Assembly (NCBI GenBank): GCA_038145765.1
Contig: JAYQQG010000001.1
Coordinates: forward strand, 2,081-66,080
DNA length: 64,000 bases
Direction: 5' to 3'
From: Verrucomicrobiales bacterium
GTDB lineage: Bacteria > Verrucomicrobiota > Verrucomicrobiia > Limisphaerales > UBA1100
The translations under genes were made by a program, and so were the position numbers. Below the pieces are notes generated by a model, which made no database searches, was not told the DNA's origin, and saw only the letters and a program-made list of their open reading frames with translations. Below, one piece after another: positions 10,301 to 22,018 of the stretch (position 1 is its first letter; each line of letters opens with the position of its first letter).

Positions 10301-10981
10301 GCCGGGAAACTTGTCGCCGCCCTTGGCCGCGCAACTGATATCTGGCAGACCGTCACCGTTGACGTCGCCGAAGCCGGTGTAGTGCGAGCCTCCGGGAGCA
10401 TCGCCTTTGGCAAACACGTGCCGAATCCAATTTTTGGCCGTGCGCGGATTCTTCGGCACCTCCAGCCAAGTCAGGGAATTGGGAATGGCCGTCTGCTTGG
10501 CGGTGCGTCCGGAGTTGGCAATGAGGTCGGGCTTGCCGTTGCGGTTAACGTCGCCGGTGATGAGGCAGTGCGTGCCGAGAATTTCGTCGTCCACCGTGCG
10601 ATACGGCCACGGGCCGGACAGCGGCTTGTCCGGACATTCCAACCAAAAAACCGTGTTGTTGGAACCGACGAAATCCTGGTCGCCGTCACCATCCACGTCC
10701 ATCAGGCAACTGTGAATGCAGGCCGCGCGCGGTTTGTTGCGGGAAAGGCCGGGGCGGAATTCGTGCAAAGTGTGCGGCTTCCAATCCGGCGCAGTGAACA
10801 GCATCACCTTGCCATCCAGCGAGGCGATCACATCGGGTTTGCCGTCCCCATTCCAATCCGCCGCGACGGCAGAGTTGATCATGCCGCGTTTTGCCTCGAC
10901 CACGACGTGTTTCTTCCACTCGGCCTGGGCAATGGCCGGGAAAATAAGCAGCAACCGGAGGAACGAGCCGAAGGAACTCAC
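7385..10981 (-). CDS. Secreted 1198-aa fusion protein: FG-GAP/VCBS beta-propeller + DUF1080 (3-keto-disaccharide-hydrolase-like beta-sandwich) + PQQ/BamB-like beta-propeller
   Basis: The N-terminal part has repeated DxDGDG/DxNGDG motifs (DWNGDGKPD, DVDGDGDQD, DVNRNGKPD, DVNGDGLPD, DLDGDGHVD, DLDNDGDID, DMDADGDLD). The middle has FNGRNLDGWK...GNSGIYLRG...EAQVLD...GEWNTYDI...YLQGDH...YRNI. The C-terminal part has BamB-like repeats (VSGGRIFVT, DAKTGKELW, DLATGKLAW, DAANGKAIW, DLATGKP). The GTG start overlaps the stop of the upstream DUF1501 gene (GTGA). Confidence 0.85.
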   Translation of the reverse strand: MSSFGSFLRLLLIFPAIAQAEWKKHVVVEAKRGMINSAVAADWNGDGKPDVIASLDGKVMLFTAPDWKPHTLHEFRPGLSRNKPRAACIHSCLMDVDGDGDQDFVGSNNTVFWLECPDKPLSGPWPYRTVDDEILGTHCLITGDVNRNGKPDLIANSGRTAKQTAIPNSLTWLEVPKNPRTAKNWIRHVFAKGDAPGGSHYTGFGDVNGDGLPDISCAAKGGDKFPGGQWFAWWEQPKDGKLPWKKHLLADNQPGATNIMPADLDGDGHVDYFATRGHGQGILWFKGPDFKLIEVDPKILVPHSLDLADLDNDGDIDAVTCSKDPVDVAAWYENDGKGRFTKHVIDHKQGSYDTRAIDMDADGDLDVLIAGHTSNNVVWYENPLSRKKSTTATNPFLGNWALKQPDGTAGWLTLLESNGKMKGEYWAVGGGRQLSDITLKACTLAFTRKIRVGKPEYVGGPPTGDRMAVRFSATVVGDVLKLVMHRRISGGVFERVEFSGKRMPPLPPKPDLSQVRFGKPIQLFNGRNLDGWKLTHPKQVNGWKAIDGELVNVTEKLDFSPYSRFGNLRTEQEFMDFNLKLEFKVPPGGNSGIYLRGVYEAQVLDRDSRMQGIQGVGAIFGRILPTANAGKLGGEWNTYDITLVDRHVTVILNGRKVIDNQPLPGCTNGALHADETIPGPLYLQGDHTSVSYRNIVLTPVVKQPPATGADWPQAAGPDGNFIAQGEAPTDFSGATGKNVKWRAPLPNTGQSAAIVSGGRIFVTSHEPITQDTETGAAILGMCFDAKTGKELWRRTIPGTRETDLSSLFNDNTAYSPVADGKRVVFTNVGGTIKCFDYNGNEQWSHTWTPFGRHHARAHEPLLHAGKVILLHAPTYDLPVAATTKAGSKPLGRDKKYWTHLRAYDLATGKLAWQAWPGTSVHALSMLGKLPDGRAAILTGRGGGHQPPEEPYGLSLIDAANGKAIWDAAIEKFPCHQNTTFKKNAAYYFANDQHGALDLATGKPHGAQSLVEGVTLTRWQNGEYVTLENQTLPRGPKAKKSFTYFTNLIVGDYHYFRAFSGFLIGRVQLSTGKVEYLQVPAQIVRKKGQPDETLWTQHLPNDMKTANGFRATQDKRNAGSGWGHVTAAPPIVVGKHIYWPTMAGTVYVVDWTAPRLNEQALVSVSDLGPAGQTWSLASLTYVNGQLYARTLKELICFGE

Positions 10982-12359
10982 GCGATCAATTCCTTGATCA
11001 CCTGCCCGCCGAATTGGCTGAGCTGTTTGTAACGGCCGGCGTGGAAGTAGGTGAGCTTGTTGTCGTCGAGCCCGAGCAAATGCAGGAGCGTGACGTGGAG
11101 ATCGCGGATGGGATGGGCGACGTCGACGGCCTTGGCGCCGATCTCGTCGGTGGCGCCGACGATGGCGCCTTTCTTCACGCCGCCGCCGGCGAGGAGCATG
11201 GTCATGGCGTCGGCGTTGTGGCCGCGGCCGAGGGAATAGACACCGCCACGCTTGTTGTTATCCGGCGTGCGGCCAAATTCGCCAGTCCAAATGACGAGCG
11301 TGTCTTCCAGCATGCCGCGTTCCTTGAGGTCCTTGATGAGCGCGGTCATCGGTTGATCGACCGAACGGATCCGCGAGGCATGCCCGCGCTCGAGGTAATC
11401 GTGACTATCCCAGCCGCCGGAGAAAATCTGCACAAACCGCACGCCCTTCTCCACGAGCCGCCGGGCCATCAGGCATTGCCGGCCGAATTCAGTCGTTTCG
11501 TTGCGGTCCATGCCGTAAGACTTGCGGACGTGCTCCGGCTCGCCTTTCAGGTCGATGACGCCCGGCACCTCGGCCTGCATGCGGAAGGCGAGTTCGTAGC
11601 TCGCCATGCGCGTGGCGAGATCCTTGTGGCTGGGATGCTTGGCGGCGTGGCGTTGATTGAGAAAGGCGAGTTCGTCTAGGGCCGCCCGCTGATGATCACG
11701 CGTCTTGTGGGCCGGTGCGTGCAGATCGAGGATGGGCGAACCGGTTGGACGCAGGCGCGTGCCCTGAAAGTGTCCCGGCAAAAAGCCGTTGGACCAGTTG
11801 CGCGATCCACCCTGCGGCAGCGCCAGCTCGGTCATCACCACGTAGCCGGGCAGATTTTGGTTCACCGAACCGAGCCCGTAATTGACCCACGCACCCAAGG
11901 CCGGATCGGCGCCCAACCGGCTGCCGGTGTTCATGTGAAACAACGCTTCGGGATGGTTCAGCGATTCTGCCGTGCAGCCGCGGTAGTTGCACAACTCATC
12001 GGCCACCTCCGGCAGATGCTGCCATTGATCACTCATCTCCAGCCCCGCCTGCCCCACCTTGCGCGACTTAAACGGGCTGCCCACATAAAACTTAAACCCC
12101 GTCTCCAGCCCGCGCGTGCTTTTGCTCTCCGTCTTGTGCAACGCATTGAGCTTGGGCTTCGGATCAAACGTATCCATGTGCCCCGGCCCGCCTTCCATGA
12201 ACAGCATAATGACATTTTTCGCCTTGGGCGCGTGCATCGGCTTTTTGGGTGCGAGTGGACCTCCGGTCTCTTTGGCCAGCAGGTCGGTCATGGCCAAGGC
12301 ACCCAGCGAGGAACCCAAGCCATACAAAAAATCTCGGCGTTGCAGGGACGGAATATTCA

Positions 12360-12360
<1 letters not shown>
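10978..12360 (-). CDS. DUF1501 family protein (sulfatase/alkaline-phosphatase-fold, Tat signal)
   Basis: 460 aa with the motifs RRDFLYGLGSSLGALAM, FMEGGPGHMDTFDPKPKL, GGWDSHD, GEFGRTPDNN and GRGHN. The start overlaps the stop of the upstream PSD gene (TGATG). Confidence 0.9.
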
Positions 12361-15212
<2,852 letters not shown>

Positions 15213-15215
15213 TCG

Positions 15216-15515
15216 TTAACTGCCCCTCAAGTGTTTCCTGATCCATGAGGGATTACGCCGGCAATCCACCACGGCGCGTATGCGCACGGTGTTGTCGTCT
15301 ACTGTGTAAAAGATGGCAAACGAAAAACCCTTCGAAAGTGCCCGGTGAAAATGCCGGTAAGGCTTGGAGAGTGTGCCGTCCAGTTCTTTGAGTGCCTCAA
15401 TGTCCGAATATAGATTCGTGAGAAAACATTCGCCGAGCCCCGCCTCCATGTCCTCGTAAAAATGAAACCCCCCGATCAAGTCATCGCGGGCGCCATCGAG
15501 GATTTGCAGCCTCAT
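15216..15515 (-). CDS. Type II toxin, RelE/ParE family
   Basis: 99 aa with a family-like pattern: DDLIGGFHFYE, SKPYRHFHRALSKGFSFAIFYTVDDNTVRIRAVVDCRRNP. The ATG overlaps the terminal TGA of the upstream antitoxin frame (ATGA). Confidence 0.8.
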   Translation of the reverse strand: MRLQILDGARDDLIGGFHFYEDMEAGLGECFLTNLYSDIEALKELDGTLSKPYRHFHRALSKGFSFAIFYTVDDNTVRIRAVVDCRRNPSWIRKHLRGS

Positions 15516-15730
15516 TGCGTGGCCTTGGTGATCTGCTCCTTAGCTACTTCCCAGTCCAAAAACTCCGCCTTGCCCTCGGCGATTCATCGCTCGCGTTCAT
15601 CCAGCAAATCCTTTTGCCACTGCGGCACTTCCAGCTCGTCTTCCCGTTGTGCAATGCCGTCCCAAAGCGTCTCCATCACCTCAAGCTTGTCACGCAGTGG
15701 CATCGCCTGAATTTCGGCCTCAGTAATCAC
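15512..15730 (-). pseudogene. Addiction-module antitoxin (TIGR02574-like) interrupted by an in-frame TGA at 15584-15586
   Basis: Own translation from GTG 15728-15730 gives VITEAEIQAMPLRDKLEVMETLWDGIAQREDELEVPQWQKDLLDERER-TGA-IAEGKAEFLDWEVAKEQITKATQ-TGA. Both halves fit the family pattern (LP..ER..L...LWDS ... W...L.RR......G......W.EVK..I). It is missing from the ORF track because each piece is under 60 aa. Confidence 0.7.
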
Positions 15731-15765
15731 GCCACCAACCTACCCCAAATTGCCTCGCTTGAAAA

Positions 15766-16466
15766 CTACTTCAGCACCTTCAACTGCAAATCCTTGAAAT
15801 GCACGATCATGCCGGGGTCGTGGAGTTGGAGTTGGATCATGCCGTTCTTGAGGCACTTGGCCTGGGGCAGGTGCTCGGTGAATTCGCTCGAGAGCTTGCC
15901 GTTAATGAACAGCTTGAAATTGTTGCCCTTGGCGATGATGTGCACGGTGTTCCAGTCGCCCTTGCGAATGTCCGCCGCGGTGAGGGCATTCTTAATGGGC
16001 GTGATGGTCGGCTTATCATCCTCGGCAATCAACAGCCGGTCGCCACGAAAACACCGATGCTCGCGCCGGCCGGGGGTGTGGAAGTCCCAGCGCCCATGAC
16101 GTTTTTGCCGATGCCGAGATGGCCGAGATCCGCGTGGTAACTCTGGAAATCGCGCCGGCGCGTTTTGTCCGGGATGGACCGGATATTCACCCCGCTGTTG
16201 CCCTTGCCGGGAAAGCGGTAGCTGAACTTCATCTCCAGATCGGCCACATTCTTATTGGCGGCGAAAGTGAGATAGCCGCGCCCCTTGTCGCCATTGCCCA
16301 CGATCATGCCGTCCTTCACCGTCCAAGCCCCCGCCGTCCGCGCCGGCGTGGCCTCCCAGCCCTTGAGGGTCTTGCCGTCAAACATCGACACAAACCCATC
16401 CTTCCCTGCCGCCGGCGCCGTGGTGAAGGTGAGAACGAGAAGCAGATTCGCAAAAATTATTTTCAT
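15766..16466 (-). pseudogene. Secreted DUF1080 domain protein split by one frameshift
   Basis: ORFs 16029-16487 and 15766-16032 together give MKIIFANLLLVLTFTTAPAAG, FDGKTLKGWE, AWTVKDGMIVG, GKGNSGVNIR, then (other frame) WDFHTPGRR...DWNTVHIIAKGNNFKLFINGK...GMIQLQLHDPGMIVHFKDLQLKVL. The shift lies between about 16030 and 16110, where a T5 run sits at 16102-16106. Confidence 0.8.
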
Positions 16467-16507
16467 GGCGGTAAAGTTCGCCGCCAATTCAACGGGCGTG
16501 AAGCGGT

Positions 16508-17893
16508 TTACGCAATCAATTCCTTGATCACCTCGCCGCCCGTTTGGCTGAGCTGCTTGAAGCGGCCGCCGTGGAAGTAGGTGAGTTTGTTGTCGTCGAG
16601 ACCGAGTAGGCGCAGGAGGGTGATGTGAAAGTCGCGGATGGGGTGGACGATCTCGGAGGCGGTTTCCCCGATCTCGTCGGTGGCGCCAATGGTGTGGCCT
16701 TTGTTCACACCGCCGCCGGCGAGCAAGATGGGCATGGCGTTTTTATTGTGATCGCGCCCAGGGCGTTCGCCGCCGCCGCGCCGGCCGTTGTCCGGGGTGC
16801 GGCCGAATTCGCCGCACCACACGACGAGGGTGTCGTCGAGCATGCCGCGTTGTTTGAGGTCCTTTAACAGGGCGGCGATGGGGCGGTCGACGGAGCGGAT
16901 GCGTTCGCCGTGAGATTTGGCGAGGTAATCATGCGAATCCCAGCCGGCGGTGTAGGCCTGCACAAAGCGCACGCCGCGCTCGAGCAGGCGCCGCGCGAGC
17001 AGCAGGCGTCGGCCGAATTCCTTGGTGCGATCGTCGTTGAGCCCGTACGTCTCGCGGGTGGTTTCCTTTTCCCGACCGAGGTCAAGAATGCCCGGCACCT
17101 TCATCTGCATGCGGTAGGCCAGCTCATAGCTGTCCATGCGCGCGGCCAACTCGGCATGGCCCGGGCGCTTGGCGGCGTGTTGCTTATTTAATTGCGCGAG
17201 GAGGTCGAGGTTACTGCGTTGTTGCTCGCGTGTGACGCCCTTGGGCGGGTGCAGATCGAGAATGGGCGATCCTTTCGCGCGCAGCGTGGTGCCCTGATAG
17301 TGCGGCGGCAAAAAGCCATTGGACCAGTTGGCCGCGCCGCCCTGCGGATAAGCCACCTCGGGCAGAACCACGAATCCGGGCAAATCCTGATTCTCCGAGC
17401 CGAGCCCGTACGTGACCCACGACCCAATCGCCGGATCGCCGCCGAAGCGGTTGCCGGTGTTCATGTGATAATTGGCGGTGGGATGATTGATCGATTCCGC
17501 CTGACAACCGCGATACACGCACAGCTCATCGGCCATCCCGGCGAGGTGTTCCCAGTGCTCGCAGAGATCCATGCCGCTCTGCCCCGCTTTGCGAAACTTG
17601 AACGGGCTCTGCACGTAATACCGTTCGCCGGATCCCATGGCGGAGAGAAACTTGCTCGAGCGCTTGAATTTCTGCAGATGCATTTCGCGCAACTTGGGCT
17701 TGGGATCGAAGGTATCGATGTGGCTCGGCCCGCCGGCCATATAGAGAAAAATGCACCGCTTCGCCTTGACCGCCGGAAAGTGCGCCACCTTGGGCGCCAA
17801 CGGCCCCTTTGCCTCCTCCGCCCGCAACATCGAATGAAACGCCAAGGCCCCCAGGCCACCGTTGACTCCATAAATAAATTCGCGTCGATTCAT
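16508..17893 (-). CDS. DUF1501 family protein (Tat signal)
   Basis: 461 aa with the motifs NRREFIYGVNGGLGALAF, YMAGGPSHIDTFDPKPKL, AGWDSHD, GEFGRTPDNG and GRDHN. It is a paralog of 10978-12360. Confidence 0.9.
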   Translation of the reverse strand: MNRREFIYGVNGGLGALAFHSMLRAEEAKGPLAPKVAHFPAVKAKRCIFLYMAGGPSHIDTFDPKPKLREMHLQKFKRSSKFLSAMGSGERYYVQSPFKFRKAGQSGMDLCEHWEHLAGMADELCVYRGCQAESINHPTANYHMNTGNRFGGDPAIGSWVTYGLGSENQDLPGFVVLPEVAYPQGGAANWSNGFLPPHYQGTTLRAKGSPILDLHPPKGVTREQQRSNLDLLAQLNKQHAAKRPGHAELAARMDSYELAYRMQMKVPGILDLGREKETTRETYGLNDDRTKEFGRRLLLARRLLERGVRFVQAYTAGWDSHDYLAKSHGERIRSVDRPIAALLKDLKQRGMLDDTLVVWCGEFGRTPDNGRRGGGERPGRDHNKNAMPILLAGGGVNKGHTIGATDEIGETASEIVHPIRDFHITLLRLLGLDDNKLTYFHGGRFKQLSQTGGEVIKELIA

Positions 17894-17895
17894 GA

Positions 17896-20520
17896 CTAAT
17901 ACACGTAGACAAATTCGTTCGAGTTAAACAAAACCAAACACAACTCCGCCAGGGCCCGCGTTGGAGGTTTCACATCCCATGGCTTCAGGTCGGGCACAAA
18001 GTCATCACTGGAATAGATATCGAGATCCTCGACCCACCAAAAGTCGAGGCCGGTCATTTCCTCGACCATTTGGCGGATGACATATTTGGGCGGCTCCACC
18101 TTCACCGGTGCAGTGACGCGGTGATGCGCCAGTGCCTTGGCGATGTGGGCGTCGCAGGCTTTTAGTTCAGCCGAGGTGGGTTGACGTTGAAAGACGAGCT
18201 GAAAGGCTCGGATGATTTGCCGATCCAAATTTCCCGGCCGCTCCTTTTCCAGTCGCGCCGCAAAGGCGAGTGCGCGGGCGTGGTGGATGGGGCTGTTCAT
18301 CAGCGTGAAAGCTTGCGGGGCGATGGTGGCGGTGTCGCGGCGTTCACAGGAGACATCGGGGCCGGGTTTATTGAAGACCTCGAGCATCGGATCCGCAAGC
18401 GTGCGGATGCGCTCCGCGTAGAGAGTGCGGCGATGGCGTTGGGCCGGCTTGGGGTCCGCCTGATACGCCGGGCCCACCGAGCCCATAATGTGGCGCGGCT
18501 GCATGGCGACTTCCTCGTTGATCTCCGGATGCGCCGGGATACCGCCGATGGCGCGATTGAGTTCGCCCGAAACCGCCAGCATGGTGTCGCGCAATTCTTC
18601 GGCAGTCAGGCGGCGCGGATCAAAGACGGCATAGCTGGTGCGGTTCGGATCCAGCCGGATCAAGGCGTTCCAATCCGGATGCGCCGCCGCACGCTGATAA
18701 GCCGCCGAGGTGAGGATGCGCCGGTGCAGTTTCTTGAACGACCAACCGTCCTCAACAAACGTCGCCGCCAGCCAGTCGAGCAATTCCGGGTGCGTCGGTC
18801 GCTTGCCCGTGCCGCCAAAGTTATTCGGGTTACCGGCAATCGCCTGGCCGAAGTGCCATTGCCACACGCGATTCACTATCACGCGCGCCGTCAGCGGGTT
18901 GTCCCGGCTGGCAATCCACTGCGCCAGCTCGGTGCGGCGTCCGCTCTGATCCGCCGTCACCGACGCGCCCTTTTCGGAGCCGGCGAACAGGCTCAACACG
19001 CCCGGGCTCACCGCCGCCTGCGGTGACTCAATCGAGCCGCCTTTCAAAATGTGGATGCGATCATTCGCGCCGTTGGCCACGGAGAATGCCAGCGCGTTGC
19101 TGCGCTTGAGCTGATAGTTGAGCTGCTGCCGCCGCTTGTTGTTCACCTTGCCCTGCCCGATGCGCTCGGAATCCTTATCAAATTCTTTCACCGGCCGATC
19201 GGCCTCGGGCAGCGTGGTGATGCTGCGGATCGCCTTTGCTTTTTGTAGGCGTTGATAACGCTCGCGATCGGCTTTGAGGCCGGTGAGGTTTTCGTTTTGT
19301 TGCCACGGCAATTTCCGCTCCTGAAAACTCAACGAACCGAACACCGCCTGCATCCTGTAAAAATCCTTGGTCGGAATCGGATCAAACTTGTGGTCGTGAC
19401 ATTTCGCGCAGCGCAGCTCATTGGCGAGGAACGTGACGCCGACGGAGTTGACCACGTCATCCAGATACTGCTGCCGCGTGACCGCCGCCACACTCATTGC
19501 CGTGTGCTCCCAAGGGCCCATGCGCAGGAAGCCGGTCGCGAGCACGTGATCGGCGTCGTTGGGCTTGAGTTCATCACCAGCGATTTGCTCGCGCACAAAC
19601 TGGTCGTACGGCTTGTCGGCATTAAACGCGCGCACCACGTAATCGCGATACCGCCACGCGTGCGGCCGCGGGTAGTCGTTGGAAAATCCGGCCGAATCCG
19701 CGTACCGCACCACATCCAGCCAATGCCGCGCCATCTGCTCGCCGTAATGCGGGCTGGCCAACAGCCGATCGATCAACGCCGCCCAAGCCGCGTCCGGATC
19801 TTTCTTCCACGCCGCGACAAATTCAAACGTCTCCTTCGGAGTCGGCGGCAAGCCGGTGAGGCCGTAGGTCACCCGCCGAATCAACGCCACCGCTCCCGCA
19901 CGCGGCGCAACTTTCAGCCCCTTTGGTAAACGCGCACCGATAAACGCATCAATGGGATGCCCCTTCCCCGGCACCGCCGATTTTTTCACGGGCTGATACG
20001 CCCACAATTTCTCAGGATCGTACTTGCGATTCGTCCACCCAGCATCCAAACCGCCACTGGTTTTTACCAAGACACCATCGGTCTCGCCCCATGGATTGGG
20101 TTGCGTCAGGATCGCGGCGATGCGCTTGGCATCCGGCCATGGCGCACCGGCGGCAATCCACTGTTTGACATAACCGACCTGTTCGGCACTGAGTTTGTCA
20201 TTAGCCTTGGGCGGCATGGCGGACCAATCATCTTCATGTTCGCGGGTTACCGCCAGATACAGCGGACTGGCCAACGGCTTGCCCGGCACCAGCGCTGACT
20301 CTTCACTCTCGCCCCCGGCCAATAATCCCGCGCGGGTGCGCATATCCAACTCGCCCTTTAGTTTTTCCGGATCATCCCCGTGACAGGTCAGGCATTTCAC
20401 CTTGAAGAGCGGCTGGATCTTGCGGGCAAACAACACATCCGCCGGCACGTTTTCAGACTGAGCCAACGAACTCAGGCAAAACAGAAAACACATGCTGAGT
20501 AAGATGATCACTGTTTTCAT
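17896..20520 (-). CDS. PSCyt1 + DUF1549 + DUF1553 protein
   Basis: 874 aa with the motifs CLTCHGDDPEKLKGELDM, SPHYGEQMARHWLDVVRYAD, LRCAKCHDHKFDP, NRVWQWHFG and a C-terminal NSNEFVYVY. Confidence 0.9.
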   Translation of the reverse strand: MKTVIILLSMCFLFCLSSLAQSENVPADVLFARKIQPLFKVKCLTCHGDDPEKLKGELDMRTRAGLLAGGESEESALVPGKPLASPLYLAVTREHEDDWSAMPPKANDKLSAEQVGYVKQWIAAGAPWPDAKRIAAILTQPNPWGETDGVLVKTSGGLDAGWTNRKYDPEKLWAYQPVKKSAVPGKGHPIDAFIGARLPKGLKVAPRAGAVALIRRVTYGLTGLPPTPKETFEFVAAWKKDPDAAWAALIDRLLASPHYGEQMARHWLDVVRYADSAGFSNDYPRPHAWRYRDYVVRAFNADKPYDQFVREQIAGDELKPNDADHVLATGFLRMGPWEHTAMSVAAVTRQQYLDDVVNSVGVTFLANELRCAKCHDHKFDPIPTKDFYRMQAVFGSLSFQERKLPWQQNENLTGLKADRERYQRLQKAKAIRSITTLPEADRPVKEFDKDSERIGQGKVNNKRRQQLNYQLKRSNALAFSVANGANDRIHILKGGSIESPQAAVSPGVLSLFAGSEKGASVTADQSGRRTELAQWIASRDNPLTARVIVNRVWQWHFGQAIAGNPNNFGGTGKRPTHPELLDWLAATFVEDGWSFKKLHRRILTSAAYQRAAAHPDWNALIRLDPNRTSYAVFDPRRLTAEELRDTMLAVSGELNRAIGGIPAHPEINEEVAMQPRHIMGSVGPAYQADPKPAQRHRRTLYAERIRTLADPMLEVFNKPGPDVSCERRDTATIAPQAFTLMNSPIHHARALAFAARLEKERPGNLDRQIIRAFQLVFQRQPTSAELKACDAHIAKALAHHRVTAPVKVEPPKYVIRQMVEEMTGLDFWWVEDLDIYSSDDFVPDLKPWDVKPPTRALAELCLVLFNSNEFVYVY

Positions 20521-20635
20521 ACCGATCCGTAAGCTTATCAGCTGCTATGCGGAGATTCAACCCACGGGCCACCGTGTAAAAATCGTTCCACGCTGGACAC
20601 CCCTGCACGCGGGCGTATCATTTGGGGAGCACGTT

Positions 20636-22018
20636 ATGTTTGATTTCTTGGGCGAACAGGAGGCGTCGATTTGTGGCGGAAGCCATTTGAAGCGGCGGGA
20701 GTTTCTGCAGGTCGGGGCGCTGGGCGCGGTGGGCTTGTCGCTGCCGCAGGTGCTGGCGGCCAAGGAGGCGGGCGCGGTACGGGCGGGCCATGAGGACAAG
20801 GCCTGCATTATGATCTTCAACCTCGGCGCCCCGAGCCACGTGGATTTGTGGGACATGAAACCGGAGGCCGCCGCCGAATATCGCGGGCCGTTCAAGCCGA
20901 TCCGGACCAAGACTGACGCGTTTGAGGTATCCGAAATCCTGCCGATGCACGCCAAGGTGGCGGATAAATTTTCGCTGGTGCGCTCGGTGCATCATGGCGG
21001 CGCGGCGGTCCACGATGCGGGCTGGCAAATCATGCAGACGGGCCGGCGGTTTACCGGCGGAGTGCAGACACCGCATGCGGGCGCGGTGGCGAGTCATCTG
21101 CTCGGGCGGAAGAGCGATCTGCCCCCATTCGTGGTGTTGCCGGAGTTGATGGGGCGCGGCGGCGGTAATCTACCCAACGGTCAGGCGGGCGGTTTTCTCG
21201 GCAAGGCGCATGATCCGTTTGCACTGAATGCGGATCCTTCTAAAAAGGATTTCAAAGTGCCGGATTTGCTGCCGCCGGATCAAATCGGCGCGGCGCGACT
21301 GGAGCGCCGGCGGAACATGCGCGAGATCGTCGATGGCGCAGTAAAGAGTTTTGAGGCCAGCGAGGATGCGCGTCTGCTCAACGACACGTTCCACTCGGCC
21401 TTCCGGATGATGACCAGTGAACAGGCGCGCGCAGCGTTTGATCTCTCCAAGGAAAAGCAGTCGGTGCGCGAGCGTTACGGCATGAACCGCTTCGGCCAAT
21501 GTTGCCTTTTGGCGCGGCGATTGGTGGAGAATGGCGTACGCTTCGTGACGCTGAACAGTTTCCTCACGGTGTTCAGCCAGTTGTCGTGGGACATTCACGG
21601 ATCCAAGCCATTCATGTCCATCAAGCAAATGGCGGAGATCATTGCCCCAATGTACGATCAAGGCTACAGCGCGTTGATCGAGGATCTTCACGAACGTGGC
21701 TTATTGGACAACACGCTGGTGACCACGCTGGCGGAGTTTGGCCGCACGCCAAAGATGAACCCGGCGGGCGGCCGCGATCATTGGCCGCAATGTTTCACCT
21801 GCAGCTTCGCCGGCGGCGGCGTGAAGGGCGGCCGCGCGGTGGGCAAGAGCGATCCGGTGGGCGGTTTCCCGGCTGAACGCCCGGTGAGCCCCGGCGATGT
21901 GGTAGCGACCGTGTTCCACAGCCTCGGCCTGAATCACGAAGCCACCCTGCCCGGCCCCGCCGGCCGGCCGTTCCCGCTGGTGGATTTCGGCGCTGAACCG
22001 ATTAAGGAGTTGTTCTGA
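20636..22018 (+). CDS. DUF1501 family protein
   Basis: ORF 20492-22018. The start is likely ATG 20636 (MFDFLGEQE...KRREFLQVGALGAVGL). Motifs: FNLGAPSHVDLWDMKPEA, SWDIHG, AEFGRTPKMN, GRDHWP. Confidence 0.85.
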   Translation: MFDFLGEQEASICGGSHLKRREFLQVGALGAVGLSLPQVLAAKEAGAVRAGHEDKACIMIFNLGAPSHVDLWDMKPEAAAEYRGPFKPIRTKTDAFEVSEILPMHAKVADKFSLVRSVHHGGAAVHDAGWQIMQTGRRFTGGVQTPHAGAVASHLLGRKSDLPPFVVLPELMGRGGGNLPNGQAGGFLGKAHDPFALNADPSKKDFKVPDLLPPDQIGAARLERRRNMREIVDGAVKSFEASEDARLLNDTFHSAFRMMTSEQARAAFDLSKEKQSVRERYGMNRFGQCCLLARRLVENGVRFVTLNSFLTVFSQLSWDIHGSKPFMSIKQMAEIIAPMYDQGYSALIEDLHERGLLDNTLVTTLAEFGRTPKMNPAGGRDHWPQCFTCSFAGGGVKGGRAVGKSDPVGGFPAERPVSPGDVVATVFHSLGLNHEATLPGPAGRPFPLVDFGAEPIKELF

